From IMG/VR virus record IMGVR_UViG_3300011008_000003: a DNA stretch of 64,000 nt; one strand, written 5' to 3'. Origin of the DNA: a virus (Duplodnaviria; Heunggongvirae; Uroviricota; Caudoviricetes). Below, piece after piece: positions 20,009 through 30,281 of the stretch. Within the stretch, counting starts at the first letter, position 1; each line of letters opens with the position of its first letter. The position numbers and the translations under genes were made by a program. The notes below the pieces were generated by a model that saw only the letters and a program-made list of their open reading frames with translations, ran no database searches and was not told the origin of the DNA.

Positions 20009-20440
20009 ATGAGTAAACGACACAATTTACCGGAATTATTACCAGAAATTTGTGACATTCCGGCCGATGTTGAAGACATGTTCAAGGAATCGTTTCCAGA
20101 CGCGGTGATTACTCGAACGGACATGACTAATGACGGTGTAAAGTATGGTGAAACGGTTGTTGTTACTATCCAGCCGAATTTCCTGGAATACGCCTACAAT
20201 GTATATGACCATCCAGATGGCACCAAGTCTATCTACAGCGTGGAAATGAAACATTATCGACAGGAAGATGAAGATCCGTCTTTATACCCTGTGTATATTG
20301 AAAGAAGTTTCACCCATATGGTCGACTTTCAAGAAAGCTTTAAAGTTGCAATGAAGATGCTTGAACTTCAACGATATTTGTCTCTAAGAGAATGGTATAA
20401 CATTCGTTGGGGCAAGCCGTTAAATACGCCACTTCCATAA
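20009..20440 (+). CDS. Hypothetical protein
   Basis: Pe + GGAGG. Confidence 0.8.
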   Translation: MSKRHNLPELLPEICDIPADVEDMFKESFPDAVITRTDMTNDGVKYGETVVVTIQPNFLEYAYNVYDHPDGTKSIYSVEMKHYRQEDEDPSLYPVYIERSFTHMVDFQESFKVAMKMLELQRYLSLREWYNIRWGKPLNTPLP

Positions 20441-20516
20441 TAGAAAAATTACATCTAATTCTATTTACAAAAAGATTGGATTTTTCTATATTTAGAGTAC
20501 AAACAAGAGGTAATAA

Positions 20517-21527
20517 ATGAGCGAAAATAAAGCAGAAACCGTAATCAAGAATCTTCCGAACATCAAGAATGCAAAGAAATACTGGCCAAAGGAACTTAAA
20601 CAGGCGATTTACGATACAGTCGTCGACATCGAGAAGGATAAAGATGGACGCACGGTATATGTCGCGTCTGAAGACGCAGCCAAACACATAAGTGAAAATT
20701 TTATCGGGTACGGTCGTGATGGTGGCGTATCTACTGTAATGAAAACATCGATAACCGCCGATAATCACCCGTGGACTTGTGTTGACCATTTCGGCCCGAA
20801 AGGTAAACATCAATTCAATCTCTTTGACAATTCTTACGTACTTAGTGCACGTCATAACGATGCAATGAAAACGGGAGTTATCGCCAAATACGACCAAGAG
20901 CCGGCTTTTGAAATATCGAATACCGTTGGTGACGATTCGGCGAACACTGCACCGGAAATTAAAGTACGCGACATCAAGGGACGACTTATCCTCAGTCAGA
21001 ATAAAAAGGGCGACTATACGACCTACACGTATTTGCAGGACACATGCGCCGTGACGGATTATGCAAACACTGAGGTTAATGTCAGACTTTGCAAGGACAA
21101 TAAAAAGGTTCAAATCTACGATATGGTTCAGACCGCTGTCCATTACGAATATAAGGAACATGACAATCGTTATTGTAACGACATCGTGCCGAAATATGCA
21201 TGTGAAACGGAAAACGGGGTTCTTGTCAAGGAATATTTCTTTGAAATGGATTCAATCGGCTCGTTTGTGCATGTCATTGACTACAAGAACAACGAAGAAT
21301 ACTGGCGTGAACGAAACCTGACGCAAAAATATCCCGAACAGGGAAATGCTCATCCGTCTAACTTCTTTACCATGGGTGGGTTGAAATTCAACAACAAGGA
21401 CGAATACGAAGCCTACAGAAACAATAAAGTCGACGAAATGAAGGCGGAGGAAAAGGCACGAGAAATGATGAAGAGCCATCCCATGAAAATGTGCGGTCCT
21501 ATGATGTGCGGCCCTTGGTTCGGTTAA
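20517..21527 (+). CDS. Hypothetical protein (336 aa)
   Basis: Pe + RBS. Confidence 0.85.
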   Translation: MSENKAETVIKNLPNIKNAKKYWPKELKQAIYDTVVDIEKDKDGRTVYVASEDAAKHISENFIGYGRDGGVSTVMKTSITADNHPWTCVDHFGPKGKHQFNLFDNSYVLSARHNDAMKTGVIAKYDQEPAFEISNTVGDDSANTAPEIKVRDIKGRLILSQNKKGDYTTYTYLQDTCAVTDYANTEVNVRLCKDNKKVQIYDMVQTAVHYEYKEHDNRYCNDIVPKYACETENGVLVKEYFFEMDSIGSFVHVIDYKNNEEYWRERNLTQKYPEQGNAHPSNFFTMGGLKFNNKDEYEAYRNNKVDEMKAEEKAREMMKSHPMKMCGPMMCGPWFG

Positions 21528-21614
21528 GATTCACCGATAAAAAAGATTAAAGACTAGAAGTTTACAACTTCTGGTCTTTTTTCTATATTTAGAATATAAA
21601 CAAGAGGTTATAAA

Positions 21615-21977
21615 ATGGCTGAAAGAAAAATTTTCCTTTCCGACAAACAGTTGAAAATCACCAACATGGACAAGTTCTATGAATACGGCCAGGAAGTCGT
21701 CCTGAAGCGTAAGGAATTCTACGACAAGACGAACAAAATTAAAAGTACGGTCATTCTCGAAGACATCTGTAAAGGCAATCTGTACCATGCCCGCTGGATC
21801 GATAGCAAGGACATTGGTTACGGGTACGAGGTGCTTACTTCCGGATATATCGTCTCGTATGTAATCGAGGACGAGAAGAATGAAACGATGACCGAAAAGA
21901 TTGAATACTTCGACGAGAGCCAGCAGTTCCTGGCGTTCGACCTCGTAATCAAAATTTGCCAGATGCTTTCGGCATAA
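21615..21977 (+). CDS. Hypothetical protein
   Basis: Pe + RBS. Confidence 0.8.
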   Translation: MAERKIFLSDKQLKITNMDKFYEYGQEVVLKRKEFYDKTNKIKSTVILEDICKGNLYHARWIDSKDIGYGYEVLTSGYIVSYVIEDEKNETMTEKIEYFDESQQFLAFDLVIKICQMLSA

Positions 21978-22066
21978 GGTGAATCCGGTAGAAATATTCG
22001 ATATGTTTTAATTACAAGATATATCGAATTTTCTATATTTTGAATATCAACAAGAGGTAATAAAAA

Positions 22067-22813
22067 ATGATTAACGAAGAAACTATCACTCTGGTCAACG
22101 AACAGTATAACGACGCCCTCCGCATGACGAAGGAAATGAACCACGTCTGTAAAAGTGCCGACAATGCGATGTGCACAATGAACACTCTTCGCCGCGAATT
22201 CGAAGAAGCCCGAGACATCATTAAGGAACTTGCTCTGAAACGTGCGAAGAACAACCTGAAACTCGCCGAAATGAAGACTCTTCTCGCGAAGTTCCTTGAA
22301 GGCTCGGTAGAAGACCGCATCCATGCCCTTGCCGAAGAATACAATTCGACTTCCGGCCCGAAGTATTCGCTTCTGCATGCGTCGACCTATGTGGACATTG
22401 AAAATGAACTGGCTGCGATTAAGAAAGAAATCGACAAGTACGAAACAGCCGTGAACAATAAAGCAATGCTCATTGGGGGTTGTCACTTCGCAATCAGGGA
22501 CTTGTACGTAAAGTTCCAAAACGCTCTCGTCGAAGCAAAACAGCAGAAAGAAGCTGTGGCGAAGAAACAGGCCGAAGCCAAGCCTAAGACCATTACAATC
22601 ATGGTCGACACCAGCTGGCCGTTGAGTCCTCGTGAAATTCAACATGCAATCGACGTTCTCAAGGCGTTTAAGCCCGAAGGTGAAGACGGACTCGGCTTGA
22701 AGTCTGCAGCTGAAGCACTTGAATCGTTCAAGAAGAGTGTCGAAAACCGCATCGAAAAACATACTAAAGTAGTGCAGGACGGTTTGTACTTCAAGTTGAG
22801 CGAAGCCGAATAA
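22067..22813 (+). CDS. Coiled-coil protein
   Basis: Pe + RBS. Confidence 0.8.
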   Translation: MINEETITLVNEQYNDALRMTKEMNHVCKSADNAMCTMNTLRREFEEARDIIKELALKRAKNNLKLAEMKTLLAKFLEGSVEDRIHALAEEYNSTSGPKYSLLHASTYVDIENELAAIKKEIDKYETAVNNKAMLIGGCHFAIRDLYVKFQNALVEAKQQKEAVAKKQAEAKPKTITIMVDTSWPLSPREIQHAIDVLKAFKPEGEDGLGLKSAAEALESFKKSVENRIEKHTKVVQDGLYFKLSEAE

Positions 22814-22884
22814 AAACTTCTAAAACTTCTCACTTACGATATAGATTTAAATTTCTATATTGTAAGTATAAATGAGAGGTTAAT

Positions 22885-23253
22885 ATGATTGAACAACATC
22901 ACCCAGCAGATCTTGACTACTCCAACATCGATAACATCAAGGCACAACAGTTTTTTACGGCGGTACGTGCATTCTGCCCTGGCTGTGACTTTATCCCCCA
23001 ATACGCGGTTGTAGGTATTGACAAGCACAAGGTAAGCGGGTATCTCGCGGTTCATAACCCGCATAACGTAATGGACTTTGGCTTTAGCGATTCGCTGATG
23101 GTAGAATACAACAAAGTCTATGAACATGAATGGTATAATATCTACGGAGGTTTGGTAGACGGAAAATGGCATCGGGCTACAAAGGTTGACACTCTTGACG
23201 AATTGAATAAATTCCTGAAAAGAGTTAGCGTAAGTCCGAAGAAAATGTTCTAA
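22885..23253 (+). CDS. Hypothetical protein
   Basis: Pe + RBS. Confidence 0.8.
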   Translation: MIEQHHPADLDYSNIDNIKAQQFFTAVRAFCPGCDFIPQYAVVGIDKHKVSGYLAVHNPHNVMDFGFSDSLMVEYNKVYEHEWYNIYGGLVDGKWHRATKVDTLDELNKFLKRVSVSPKKMF

Positions 23254-23320
23254 AACAATTCACTTACAAAACAAGAAAAATCTTCTATATTTTAATCAAA
23301 CAATCAACAAGAGGTAAAAC

Positions 23321-23674
23321 ATGAAACTCATTCTCGGAATCATCATCGCAATCATTCTCGCTGTCGGCGGTTACACTGTCTATCGCGGACTCACGGGAGA
23401 CAACGACAACGCACAGAAAATCGCTGACAAGACGAGCGAACTCGTTACGTCTGTCGCGGACACGTTCTCTGACGGAGCCAAGGATATGGCAAAGGACGTA
23501 AAGGAAAAGGCATCGGAAGCTGCGGACTCAGTATTGTCTTCAGCTGACAGGGCAATCGATTCCGCCAAGTCTTCTGTCAAGTCCCGTATCGGTGACGTAA
23601 GGGAAGCGAACGCGAAGAAATTTGCCGAAGTCAAGAAGTCAGTCAGTGACAAAGTTGACTCGATAAAGAAGTGA
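23321..23674 (+). CDS. Membrane-anchored protein with A/D/K/S-rich amphipathic helix
   Basis: N-terminal TM LILGIIIAIILAVGG. Confidence 0.75.
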   Translation: MKLILGIIIAIILAVGGYTVYRGLTGDNDNAQKIADKTSELVTSVADTFSDGAKDMAKDVKEKASEAADSVLSSADRAIDSAKSSVKSRIGDVREANAKKFAEVKKSVSDKVDSIKK

Positions 23675-23783
23675 CGATGAATGGACGCACGGACAGTGCA
23701 GGAAAGACGAGAGTAAAATCTCGTCTTTTTCTATTTACATAACTTCTGGATTTTTCTATATTTAATAAAAACAAGAGGTTAAC

Positions 23784-24188
23784 ATGGGAAAATTCGTTCT
23801 TAAGGTTTATCGTGTATGGTATGACTGGTGGACAAAGGAATATAAAAAGCCAGACCTTGACTTTGCATGGCCGATTGTCGACAGCATCAAGCTCGAGAAC
23901 GTAGACTTCAATGACAGTTTTCATTTGAAATTCATAATGGACGACTGGGGTGATAAGGAAAAATACCTGGGCTTTCCTAACCACATGCCCTGTGAAAACA
24001 CGGGTATATATGACGGCGCAAACTGCAAACAGGTTATTTCTTTTCATGACGAAAGGAATAAGGTCTTGACCCAGTTAGTAATCGACGAACGCCCGGGAAA
24101 GGAAAAACTCATTGAAGAAGTCAGGCCCTGGATAGAGCTCTATCTTGCTCATTACAAGAAGATTGCATGCCTGGCAGATCTGGCGTAA
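23784..24188 (+). CDS. CT-tag-like protein
   Basis: Pe + RBS; ends HYKKIACLADLA. Confidence 0.8.
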   Translation: MGKFVLKVYRVWYDWWTKEYKKPDLDFAWPIVDSIKLENVDFNDSFHLKFIMDDWGDKEKYLGFPNHMPCENTGIYDGANCKQVISFHDERNKVLTQLVIDERPGKEKLIEEVRPWIELYLAHYKKIACLADLA

Positions 24189-24258
24189 AAATCTCAATTG
24201 TATCTATTTACAAGAAAGTTAGAATTTTCTATATTTAGAATATACAAGAGAGGTTAAT

Positions 24259-24576
24259 ATGACATTCGAACTCGTTCTCCAGAACTATCTCAAAGACGCT
24301 TACCGTTTCTCTAAAATTCGTAAAGACCGTAACTCTACCTTGGGTGAAGTTACCGAACTCTATGACCGACTCTGTTGCAACTGGGCCAAGGTCATTCCCG
24401 ATGCATGCCTCAACAAGATGCTCGACGAAAAGGGTGTTGGTTTTGAAATGAACGCAATCAATACTGTCGGTATCGAACAGGCCGGCGGTGGGATGATCGA
24501 AGTCGCAGTCGATGGCTTGGTCAAACTTGCCGAGACTTCGAAGAGCGAAAAGGAATTTTACCAGGTGTTCATGTAA
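24259..24576 (+). CDS. Hypothetical protein
   Basis: Pe + RBS. Confidence 0.8.
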   Translation: MTFELVLQNYLKDAYRFSKIRKDRNSTLGEVTELYDRLCCNWAKVIPDACLNKMLDEKGVGFEMNAINTVGIEQAGGGMIEVAVDGLVKLAETSKSEKEFYQVFM

Positions 24577-24655
24577 CTCCGAGAATAAAATTTATTTTGT
24601 TCTTGTTTACGAAAAGTTCAGAATTTTCTATCTTTAGAATACAAGAGAGGTTAAT

Positions 24656-24934
24656 ATGAAAGTCAGCATCAACACCATCGAACACGATATTGTCAAGGTT
24701 CATCCGCTCCGTATGAACTCCAAGGGCGATACAGTCTTTAACGTCACCTATAAGAACAAGTATAACGGAAGAGAATTTCGTATGCAGGTCAACGAAGGTG
24801 ATTCGGTTAAGATCATCGGCGAAGACATGCCTTGGTGGTTGCGTTCGAAGGATGAAGTAGAAAAGGTTCATGAACTCATGCAGGAAAAACTCCTCGGTCC
24901 TGAATACGTAAAGCTCAGGGATGGACTGAAATAA
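24656..24934 (+). CDS. Hypothetical protein
   Basis: Pe + RBS. Confidence 0.8.
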   Translation: MKVSINTIEHDIVKVHPLRMNSKGDTVFNVTYKNKYNGREFRMQVNEGDSVKIIGEDMPWWLRSKDEVEKVHELMQEKLLGPEYVKLRDGLK

Positions 24935-25002
24935 AATTCATTTCGATTTGACTTTACGAAAAGTTCAGAATTTTCTATATTATAATCAAACAAGAGGTTA
25001 TT

Positions 25003-25332
25003 ATGCACGTAATTTATTCTGACAGCAAAGACAATCGCAACGTGGCTCGCCTTAAGGGCATTGACTGGGTGGACGGCGAAGCCTATCTTCATCTCTCTTC
25101 AGGAACGACTCTTGTTCTCGGGGAAAAGACCGGCGAATTCAATCTTAAGACTGTGAGCGGACATCGCCGTATCATTACGCTCGAATTCAAAAACACCGAC
25201 GTGAACGGGGATTTGATCCTGTCTGGTTCGAACCCGCAGTACGTAGACCTTCACTCGACTGAAATGAACTTTCGCCGAATGTACGACGTTATCGAGCTCT
25301 ACTATACGGAGGAACTGACAGAAACGAATTAA
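25003..25332 (+). CDS. Hypothetical protein
   Basis: Pe + RBS. Confidence 0.8.
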   Translation: MHVIYSDSKDNRNVARLKGIDWVDGEAYLHLSSGTTLVLGEKTGEFNLKTVSGHRRIITLEFKNTDVNGDLILSGSNPQYVDLHSTEMNFRRMYDVIELYYTEELTETN

Positions 25333-25376
25333 AAATACTTGCTTACAAAACTCCCGGAATTAACTATCTTTATAAC

Positions 25377-25709
25377 ATGAGTGTTTTACGAGTATTTTTT
25401 GAACCTGACCCGAACCTTCCGGACGATATTCTGTTCGAAGTGAAATACATGTACGTTGACCGTTCTGACCCCAGTCGAGTCATGCTCAAGTCTGCATGGG
25501 CGGGTCTAACCGATAGTTCTAACCTGAACATGAAGGGGGTCAATGCGATTCGTTACGGTTTCGCGAAGACTAAAGACGAAGCCTATGCAGAAAAGTTCTA
25601 CATCGAAAAGGAATTGAAAACAGACGAAGACTTTGCTGAGTTCTACCGTACCTATGAATACGAACGTCACAACGACGAAGTTGAACGAACCCTGAAGACA
25701 CTGGATTAA
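25377..25709 (+). CDS. CT-tag protein, leaderless
   Basis: ATG 7 nt after TATCTT; ends NDEVERTLKTLD. Confidence 0.8.
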   Translation: MSVLRVFFEPDPNLPDDILFEVKYMYVDRSDPSRVMLKSAWAGLTDSSNLNMKGVNAIRYGFAKTKDEAYAEKFYIEKELKTDEDFAEFYRTYEYERHNDEVERTLKTLD

Positions 25710-25780
25710 AAATTTTAAATTGATTTCATTTACGTTTGGTTCTTAAATTTCTATATTTAAATCAAACAAAAGAGGTTAAT

Positions 25781-26224
25781 ATGAAAAAAGTCTATCGCAT
25801 CGCAAGCCTTTCCACTGACGTCCACGAAGACGATTACAAAGAAGGTGAACTCGAATTCGTCAACAGCTGGACCGGACCTGACGTCTTGCATGCGGCTATG
25901 TATCGCGAATTCGAATCTATCGACACCATCCTCAAGTTGCTCAACGACAAGTACCTCTACATCTGGAAGGATGCAGACAATATCAAGAACTGGGCTATCT
26001 TCGAAGACCCAGACTTGAAGGACGAAATTCGTTTCGACTGTGACACGATGGTTGATGTAGATAACAACGTCGCTGACGAATCAGACCTTGAAGCATGGAA
26101 GAACGGCAGGAAGAAACTGTTCAACGCCCATTCCGTTCTCTACGTGAAGTGCGAATACATCGAATACGCGTCCAACAACGAACTTACGGAAGAGGCTAAG
26201 AAGCTAGGTCTCGAAATGATATAA
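25781..26224 (+). CDS. Hypothetical protein
   Basis: Pe + RBS; start corrected. Confidence 0.8.
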   Translation: MKKVYRIASLSTDVHEDDYKEGELEFVNSWTGPDVLHAAMYREFESIDTILKLLNDKYLYIWKDADNIKNWAIFEDPDLKDEIRFDCDTMVDVDNNVADESDLEAWKNGRKKLFNAHSVLYVKCEYIEYASNNELTEEAKKLGLEMI

Positions 26225-26231
26225 ATACTTT

Positions 26232-26432
26232 ATGGAAATGGAGCCGGAAGAATTCAAGGACTTTATGGCCGCACAGACCGAGGCCATCGAGATCGCCAAG
26301 TGGTTGCTTGGCGAAAAGCTCGGTCGTGATCCTGGTCCTGAATTCGTTCTAAAGTGGATAAAAGAAAACGCTGAAGAGTTTCGAAAGAACTGGCCCATTT
26401 ACTATAAGGAATGGAAAGAACGACACAAGTAA
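26232..26432 (+). CDS. Small late protein, DUF4032-like
   Basis: TATAAATA at 26220; EAIEIAKWLLGEKLGRDPG...W pattern. Confidence 0.6.
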   Translation: MEMEPEEFKDFMAAQTEAIEIAKWLLGEKLGRDPGPEFVLKWIKENAEEFRKNWPIYYKEWKERHK

Positions 26433-26559
26433 CGGGTTTGACCTCTTGGGGGAAAGCTGGGAATAAATTCCTGGCTTTTTCTCTTTACAAAACTTTTGAA
26501 TATTTCTATATTTACTATGTAATCGATAATAACGTCGATTATTTAAAAAGAGGTTATCC

Positions 26560-26796
26560 ATGAAAGTTTTCGTTCTCGCTCACATCAACTCTTACGACGA
26601 CGGAATTCCGTGCTACGGCAGAATCAATCTGTTCACTGATCGACAGAAGGCGATTGACTGGCTGATGAAGGAATACGGCGACGAATATACCAGCCTCGAT
26701 GATCTTCTCGTCACTGACGAAGACATTAACAATGCTGAAAACAACTGTACTTCCGGTCCGTACGGCTGGCAACTCTGGGAAGACGAAATCATGTAA
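26560..26796 (+). CDS. Hypothetical protein
   Basis: Pe + RBS. Confidence 0.8.
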   Translation: MKVFVLAHINSYDDGIPCYGRINLFTDRQKAIDWLMKEYGDEYTSLDDLLVTDEDINNAENNCTSGPYGWQLWEDEIM

Positions 26797-26898
26797 GTCT
26801 TGAACAGTATCGGGATAGACCGGGAATAAAATCTCGGTCTTTTTTCTTTACAAAACATTTGATTATTTCTATATTTGAAATATACAAGAGAGGTTAAT

Positions 26899-27288
26899 AT
26901 GTTTCTTCAAATGAATCGCGAAACATTGTTTATCACGGTCAAGGCTTTCTTCCCCAGTGCAGAAATTCAACGAGACGCAATGGGCGAGGGTGGACACATC
27001 TGGCTCAGAAACAACCGTTCGATTGCATTCGACGAAATGGAAAACGGACTTTGCGACCTTCGTGTTTGCCTTTGGGAACAGGATGCAAGAGACATCTATA
27101 AGCATAAGAACCTGGTCGCGACTCAAGACTTTTTCAAGGAAGAGGAACTCATTGGCTGGCTCGCGATGAAACAACGTCAGTGGAAACAATGGCACGGACG
27201 CGACTGGGACATTCTCTCGGCGAAAATCGAAAAGGGTGAAATCACCGCAGACACTATCCTTCACGAACTGGAAAAAGGAGCTAACTAA
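26899..27288 (+). CDS. Hypothetical protein
   Basis: Pe + RBS; start corrected. Confidence 0.8.
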   Translation: MFLQMNRETLFITVKAFFPSAEIQRDAMGEGGHIWLRNNRSIAFDEMENGLCDLRVCLWEQDARDIYKHKNLVATQDFFKEEELIGWLAMKQRQWKQWHGRDWDILSAKIEKGEITADTILHELEKGAN

Positions 27289-27506
27289 TGGATTTGAGAA
27301 CGATGCGTGAATATGTCGAATCCCATCCTGAAACGAAGTCTAACTGGCCTACGTACGAAGAGGTGAAGAAGTCTTCGAAGATTCGCCACAGGATTATATT
27401 CAAACTGTTCAAGGGCCATGTAAAGAACTGCAAGGGCTACAAGGACAGTGGAGACATCGTGGGCTTGCCTACGTTTTTGCGAAACAATAAACACATAGGA
27501 GGTTAG
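27288..27506 (+). CDS. Hypothetical protein
   Basis: AGGAG + TAATG coupling. Confidence 0.75.
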   Translation: MDLRTMREYVESHPETKSNWPTYEEVKKSSKIRHRIIFKLFKGHVKNCKGYKDSGDIVGLPTFLRNNKHIGG

Positions 27507-27654
27507 AATGTTCGCTTTGATTCCCGTGATTTCATTCCTTACATGCGTTGCGGCTTCGATTGTGTCGCAGTAACACCGAGGAAAAAACTTCAAAAACAAT
27601 CGTTTACAAACCTTTCGAAAATTCCTATATTATGGATATAATCAAGAGGTTAAT

Positions 27655-28266
27655 ATGATAAAGTACGAAACTCGAATCGGCCCGTCGCTTCTCATTGCAT
27701 TCGCCCTTGTGCTCATATTCGGGGCACACCTGGCTTTCGCAGAGAAGGTGGATCGTCACTGGGAGGCTGCTCCTTACGTAGACTTTACGGGTACGGTCCA
27801 CGGCGGATTCGGGAAACATTACGACGGGCTCTCGGCTGGGATGGGTGTTGGGGCCGAAGCCTTGCTCGTAATGTCAGACCGTTTCGCAGTCGGTGCAAAT
27901 GCGAAGACTGTCGCGGTCTATGATGTCTATACCACGTTCGATAACGAAACAATCGTTGACGAATACGGGGTATGGTTCGCCTCGCTGGGACCTATCGTCT
28001 ACATCGGCGATATGTTCTACGTGACGGCGATGATTCAATACAACCTCGACGTGTTCTATGAAAATACCTACAGGCACGAGGGAACGAATGACGAGGACAT
28101 TGACAAACTCGATTATTCGATAGACGATATTGATTGGTGGTTCGAAACCGGATTCAGGGTTGATTACCATGCATCGATTTACCTGGCTGCGAATACCCAC
28201 CTAATCGAGACAGCAGTGAATAATGCACGATACCACCTATATTGCGGATTAAAATTCTTTTTCTAA
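27655..28266 (+). CDS. Putative outer-membrane beta-barrel protein
   Basis: Signal peptide ending AFA; alternating G/aromatic strands; C-terminal HLYCGLKFFF (beta-signal-like). Confidence 0.6.
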   Translation: MIKYETRIGPSLLIAFALVLIFGAHLAFAEKVDRHWEAAPYVDFTGTVHGGFGKHYDGLSAGMGVGAEALLVMSDRFAVGANAKTVAVYDVYTTFDNETIVDEYGVWFASLGPIVYIGDMFYVTAMIQYNLDVFYENTYRHEGTNDEDIDKLDYSIDDIDWWFETGFRVDYHASIYLAANTHLIETAVNNARYHLYCGLKFFF

Positions 28267-28285
28267 AACGACTTTGACCTCTAAG

Positions 28286-28324
28286 AACGACTCGCGGACC
28301 GGACCTCCTGCGGGTCGTTTCTTT
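28286..28324 (+). terminator. Terminator with anti-SD loop
   Basis: AACGACTCGCGG/CTGCGGGTCGTT; loop contains GGACCTC. Confidence 0.7.
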
Positions 28325-28361
28325 ATATTATATCCACATGTTTTATACTATTCCATTCGTC

Positions 28362-28463
28362 CATAATTGAGTTGTGGTCTTGTTTTTATATTAAAGAGTA
28401 TAGTTAATAGTCTTTTTAAAATAAGTCTTTAAAATGAGTTTTGCACGGCATGCATCGGTCAAA
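28362..28463 (+). repeat. ~100-bp dispersed intergenic element, copy 3
   Basis: ATAATTGAGTTGTGG...TAGTCTTTTTAAAATAAGTCTTTAAAATGAGTTT...GCATCGGTCAA. Confidence 0.8.
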
Positions 28464-28536
28464 AAATATTCAAATGTTTTTATTTACAAGAAGTTCAAAT
28501 GTTTCTATATTTAGAACATAAACAAGAGGTTAACAA

Positions 28537-28689
28537 ATGTCTGACTTAGAACGACATATCAAAGAAAATTGGTCGCAAATGAGTCCTAGCGAAAGAATGT
28601 TCGCCATGATGGATTTAAGTGAAGAAAACGGTGTTAAACCGATTACTATTGATGAATGGAAAGAATGGATGATACAACCAAAGGGTTAA
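28537..28689 (+). CDS. Small hypothetical protein (50 aa)
   Basis: Pe + AAGAGGT; not in ORF track. Confidence 0.7.
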   Translation: MSDLERHIKENWSQMSPSERMFAMMDLSEENGVKPITIDEWKEWMIQPKG

Positions 28690-28691
28690 CA

Positions 28692-28988
28692 ATGTCTCAA
28701 CGTAATTGCTTTATTGACTGGCCGACGATTCAACGAAATAACAAGGAAGCGCTGGAAAAAATCCGTCCGTATGTCGGCGATAAATTGATTGAGAAGTTCA
28801 AGGAGATTCTGCCTGAACCGTCTGACTTCGATGTACTCGAACCGTGCGAAGACGATACAGCACAGTACCAGAAGACGAACTTCATTCCTCCGACATGGGC
28901 AAGTGAGATGAACAAGGACAAACCTGTCATGATTCTTATGGACGAATATAGAATCGAAAACGGGAAGGAGTGGCATAACGGGAAGTAG
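28692..28988 (+). CDS. Small protein ending in a MoxR AAA-like Walker B fragment
   Basis: TNFIPPTWASEMNKDKPVMILMDEY vs TKFAKPQWMIQNKPVLLLLDEI of the 9577 ATPase. Confidence 0.6.
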   Translation: MSQRNCFIDWPTIQRNNKEALEKIRPYVGDKLIEKFKEILPEPSDFDVLEPCEDDTAQYQKTNFIPPTWASEMNKDKPVMILMDEYRIENGKEWHNGK

Positions 28989-29072
28989 CAGTTCCAACGA
29001 AAAAATTTAAATAGATTTAGTTTACAAGATTCTCGGATTTTTCTATATTTAATTCAAACAACGGAGGTTTAA

Positions 29073-29696
29073 ATGATTGCATCTGAACTGACTAATCCGA
29101 GCATCGTCAAAGTATCTAAGTCTGACGCAAATTACTTCTGGTACGGAAAGGAAAAGTTCCAGTTCACTGGTAGGTTTTCTACTAACGATGCCGAAATACG
29201 ACACATCGAATCGGGAGTTGAATCCTATATCCTGCGTGAGTCTGCTGTCTACAAAGAAATTAGTACTCAATGGGAAACAATCGGTGCAGAAAAGTCTGCA
29301 AAGTCCAGGGCGAAGCGTGAAGCAAAGAAAAAGATGCTTCTCGAACTCGCGAAAGATTCTAACATGACTGCAATCGAATGGAGGATTAAGCTTCTCAAGG
29401 AACATAGCCTGCTCCTCACCTCGAGACCGTACGGACACGATTACGAAGTCTACAAGTGCAATGTCAAGTGGAACGATTCGTTCCTGGTCACTTTGTCGAC
29501 AGGCAAGCAGAACCTCGATGTAAAGAGGATTAAGAAGTTTTGCGACTCGAAGAAGATTACTAACGCCGACCCGTATCACAGATTCAACGATATAACCATT
29601 AAGGAGGTACTGGACAAGGTTATTCGAATTCAAAGAAAGGAAATGGACCAGAGAGAGAACGAAACCATTAAGGCTATCGAGTCTCTCGCGGGATAA
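29073..29696 (+). CDS. CT-tag protein (207 aa)
   Basis: Pe + GGAGG; ends ENETIKAIESLAG. Confidence 0.8.
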   Translation: MIASELTNPSIVKVSKSDANYFWYGKEKFQFTGRFSTNDAEIRHIESGVESYILRESAVYKEISTQWETIGAEKSAKSRAKREAKKKMLLELAKDSNMTAIEWRIKLLKEHSLLLTSRPYGHDYEVYKCNVKWNDSFLVTLSTGKQNLDVKRIKKFCDSKKITNADPYHRFNDITIKEVLDKVIRIQRKEMDQRENETIKAIESLAG

Positions 29697-29773
29697 TCCG
29701 TTAAGATTTATTAAATCGATTTAGTTGACAAAAAGTTCAGAATTTTCTATCTTATAATCAACAAGAGGTTACG

Positions 29774-30049
29774 ATGAAGAATTTCGAAATCAAAAACAAT
29801 CTGATTTACTTCGCGGACAGCATCCCTCGTGAAGCTGTCGATTATATCCTGAACCGATTCGACAACTATTACGATGCCAACGGCCTGGTCGATGTCTGGG
29901 TTAGAACAACTAATCGTATTATCGATATTGTCTGGAACCGGTCTGAGAAACAACCGACGCTGGAAGAAATCGTGAAACAGTTCGAAACCTGGTACGAAAT
30001 CTGGAAAGGTGGTGTTCAACGTGCAATCGAGGCAGCAAATGAATCGTAA
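29774..30049 (+). CDS. Hypothetical protein
   Basis: Pe + RBS. Confidence 0.8.
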   Translation: MKNFEIKNNLIYFADSIPREAVDYILNRFDNYYDANGLVDVWVRTTNRIIDIVWNRSEKQPTLEEIVKQFETWYEIWKGGVQRAIEAANES

Positions 30050-30179
30050 GTTCAAAGTCTACAAGAAAGAAAACGGAAAGGCGAATCCTGTACTTGAAAC
30101 AGTCGATTACGAAGAAGCATGCAGAAAGGAGAAGGAATTAAAGGATAAAGGGTTCGAATCATTCGTCTGGCAAGTCTGA
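30039..30179 (+). CDS. Small hypothetical protein (46 aa)
   Basis: GAGG RBS overlapping upstream gene. Confidence 0.6.
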   Translation: MNRKFKVYKKENGKANPVLETVDYEEACRKEKELKDKGFESFVWQV

Positions 30180-30281
30180 TGAAAAATAATCAAATGTTTT
30201 AGTTTACAAGTCTATTGGATTTTTCTATATTTTAATCGTTCGCTAGAACATTTAGTTTAACTTAAACCGAAGAGGTCCAAT

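Noticed and set aside
6277-22762. Long antisense ORFs (6277-7065, 7431-9116, 9574-10683, 21818-22762; also 54868-55590)
   Set aside because: Shadow frames of strongly codon-biased or low-complexity genes; no promoter, RBS or recognisable motif.
4350-25710. CT-tag as a mere by-product of the CYG promoter box overlapping the last codons
   Set aside because: This explains at most the terminal CTG in a few early genes. The 20 island genes lack a downstream cassette, use varied Leu codons and keep the upstream Asn and hydrophobic pair.
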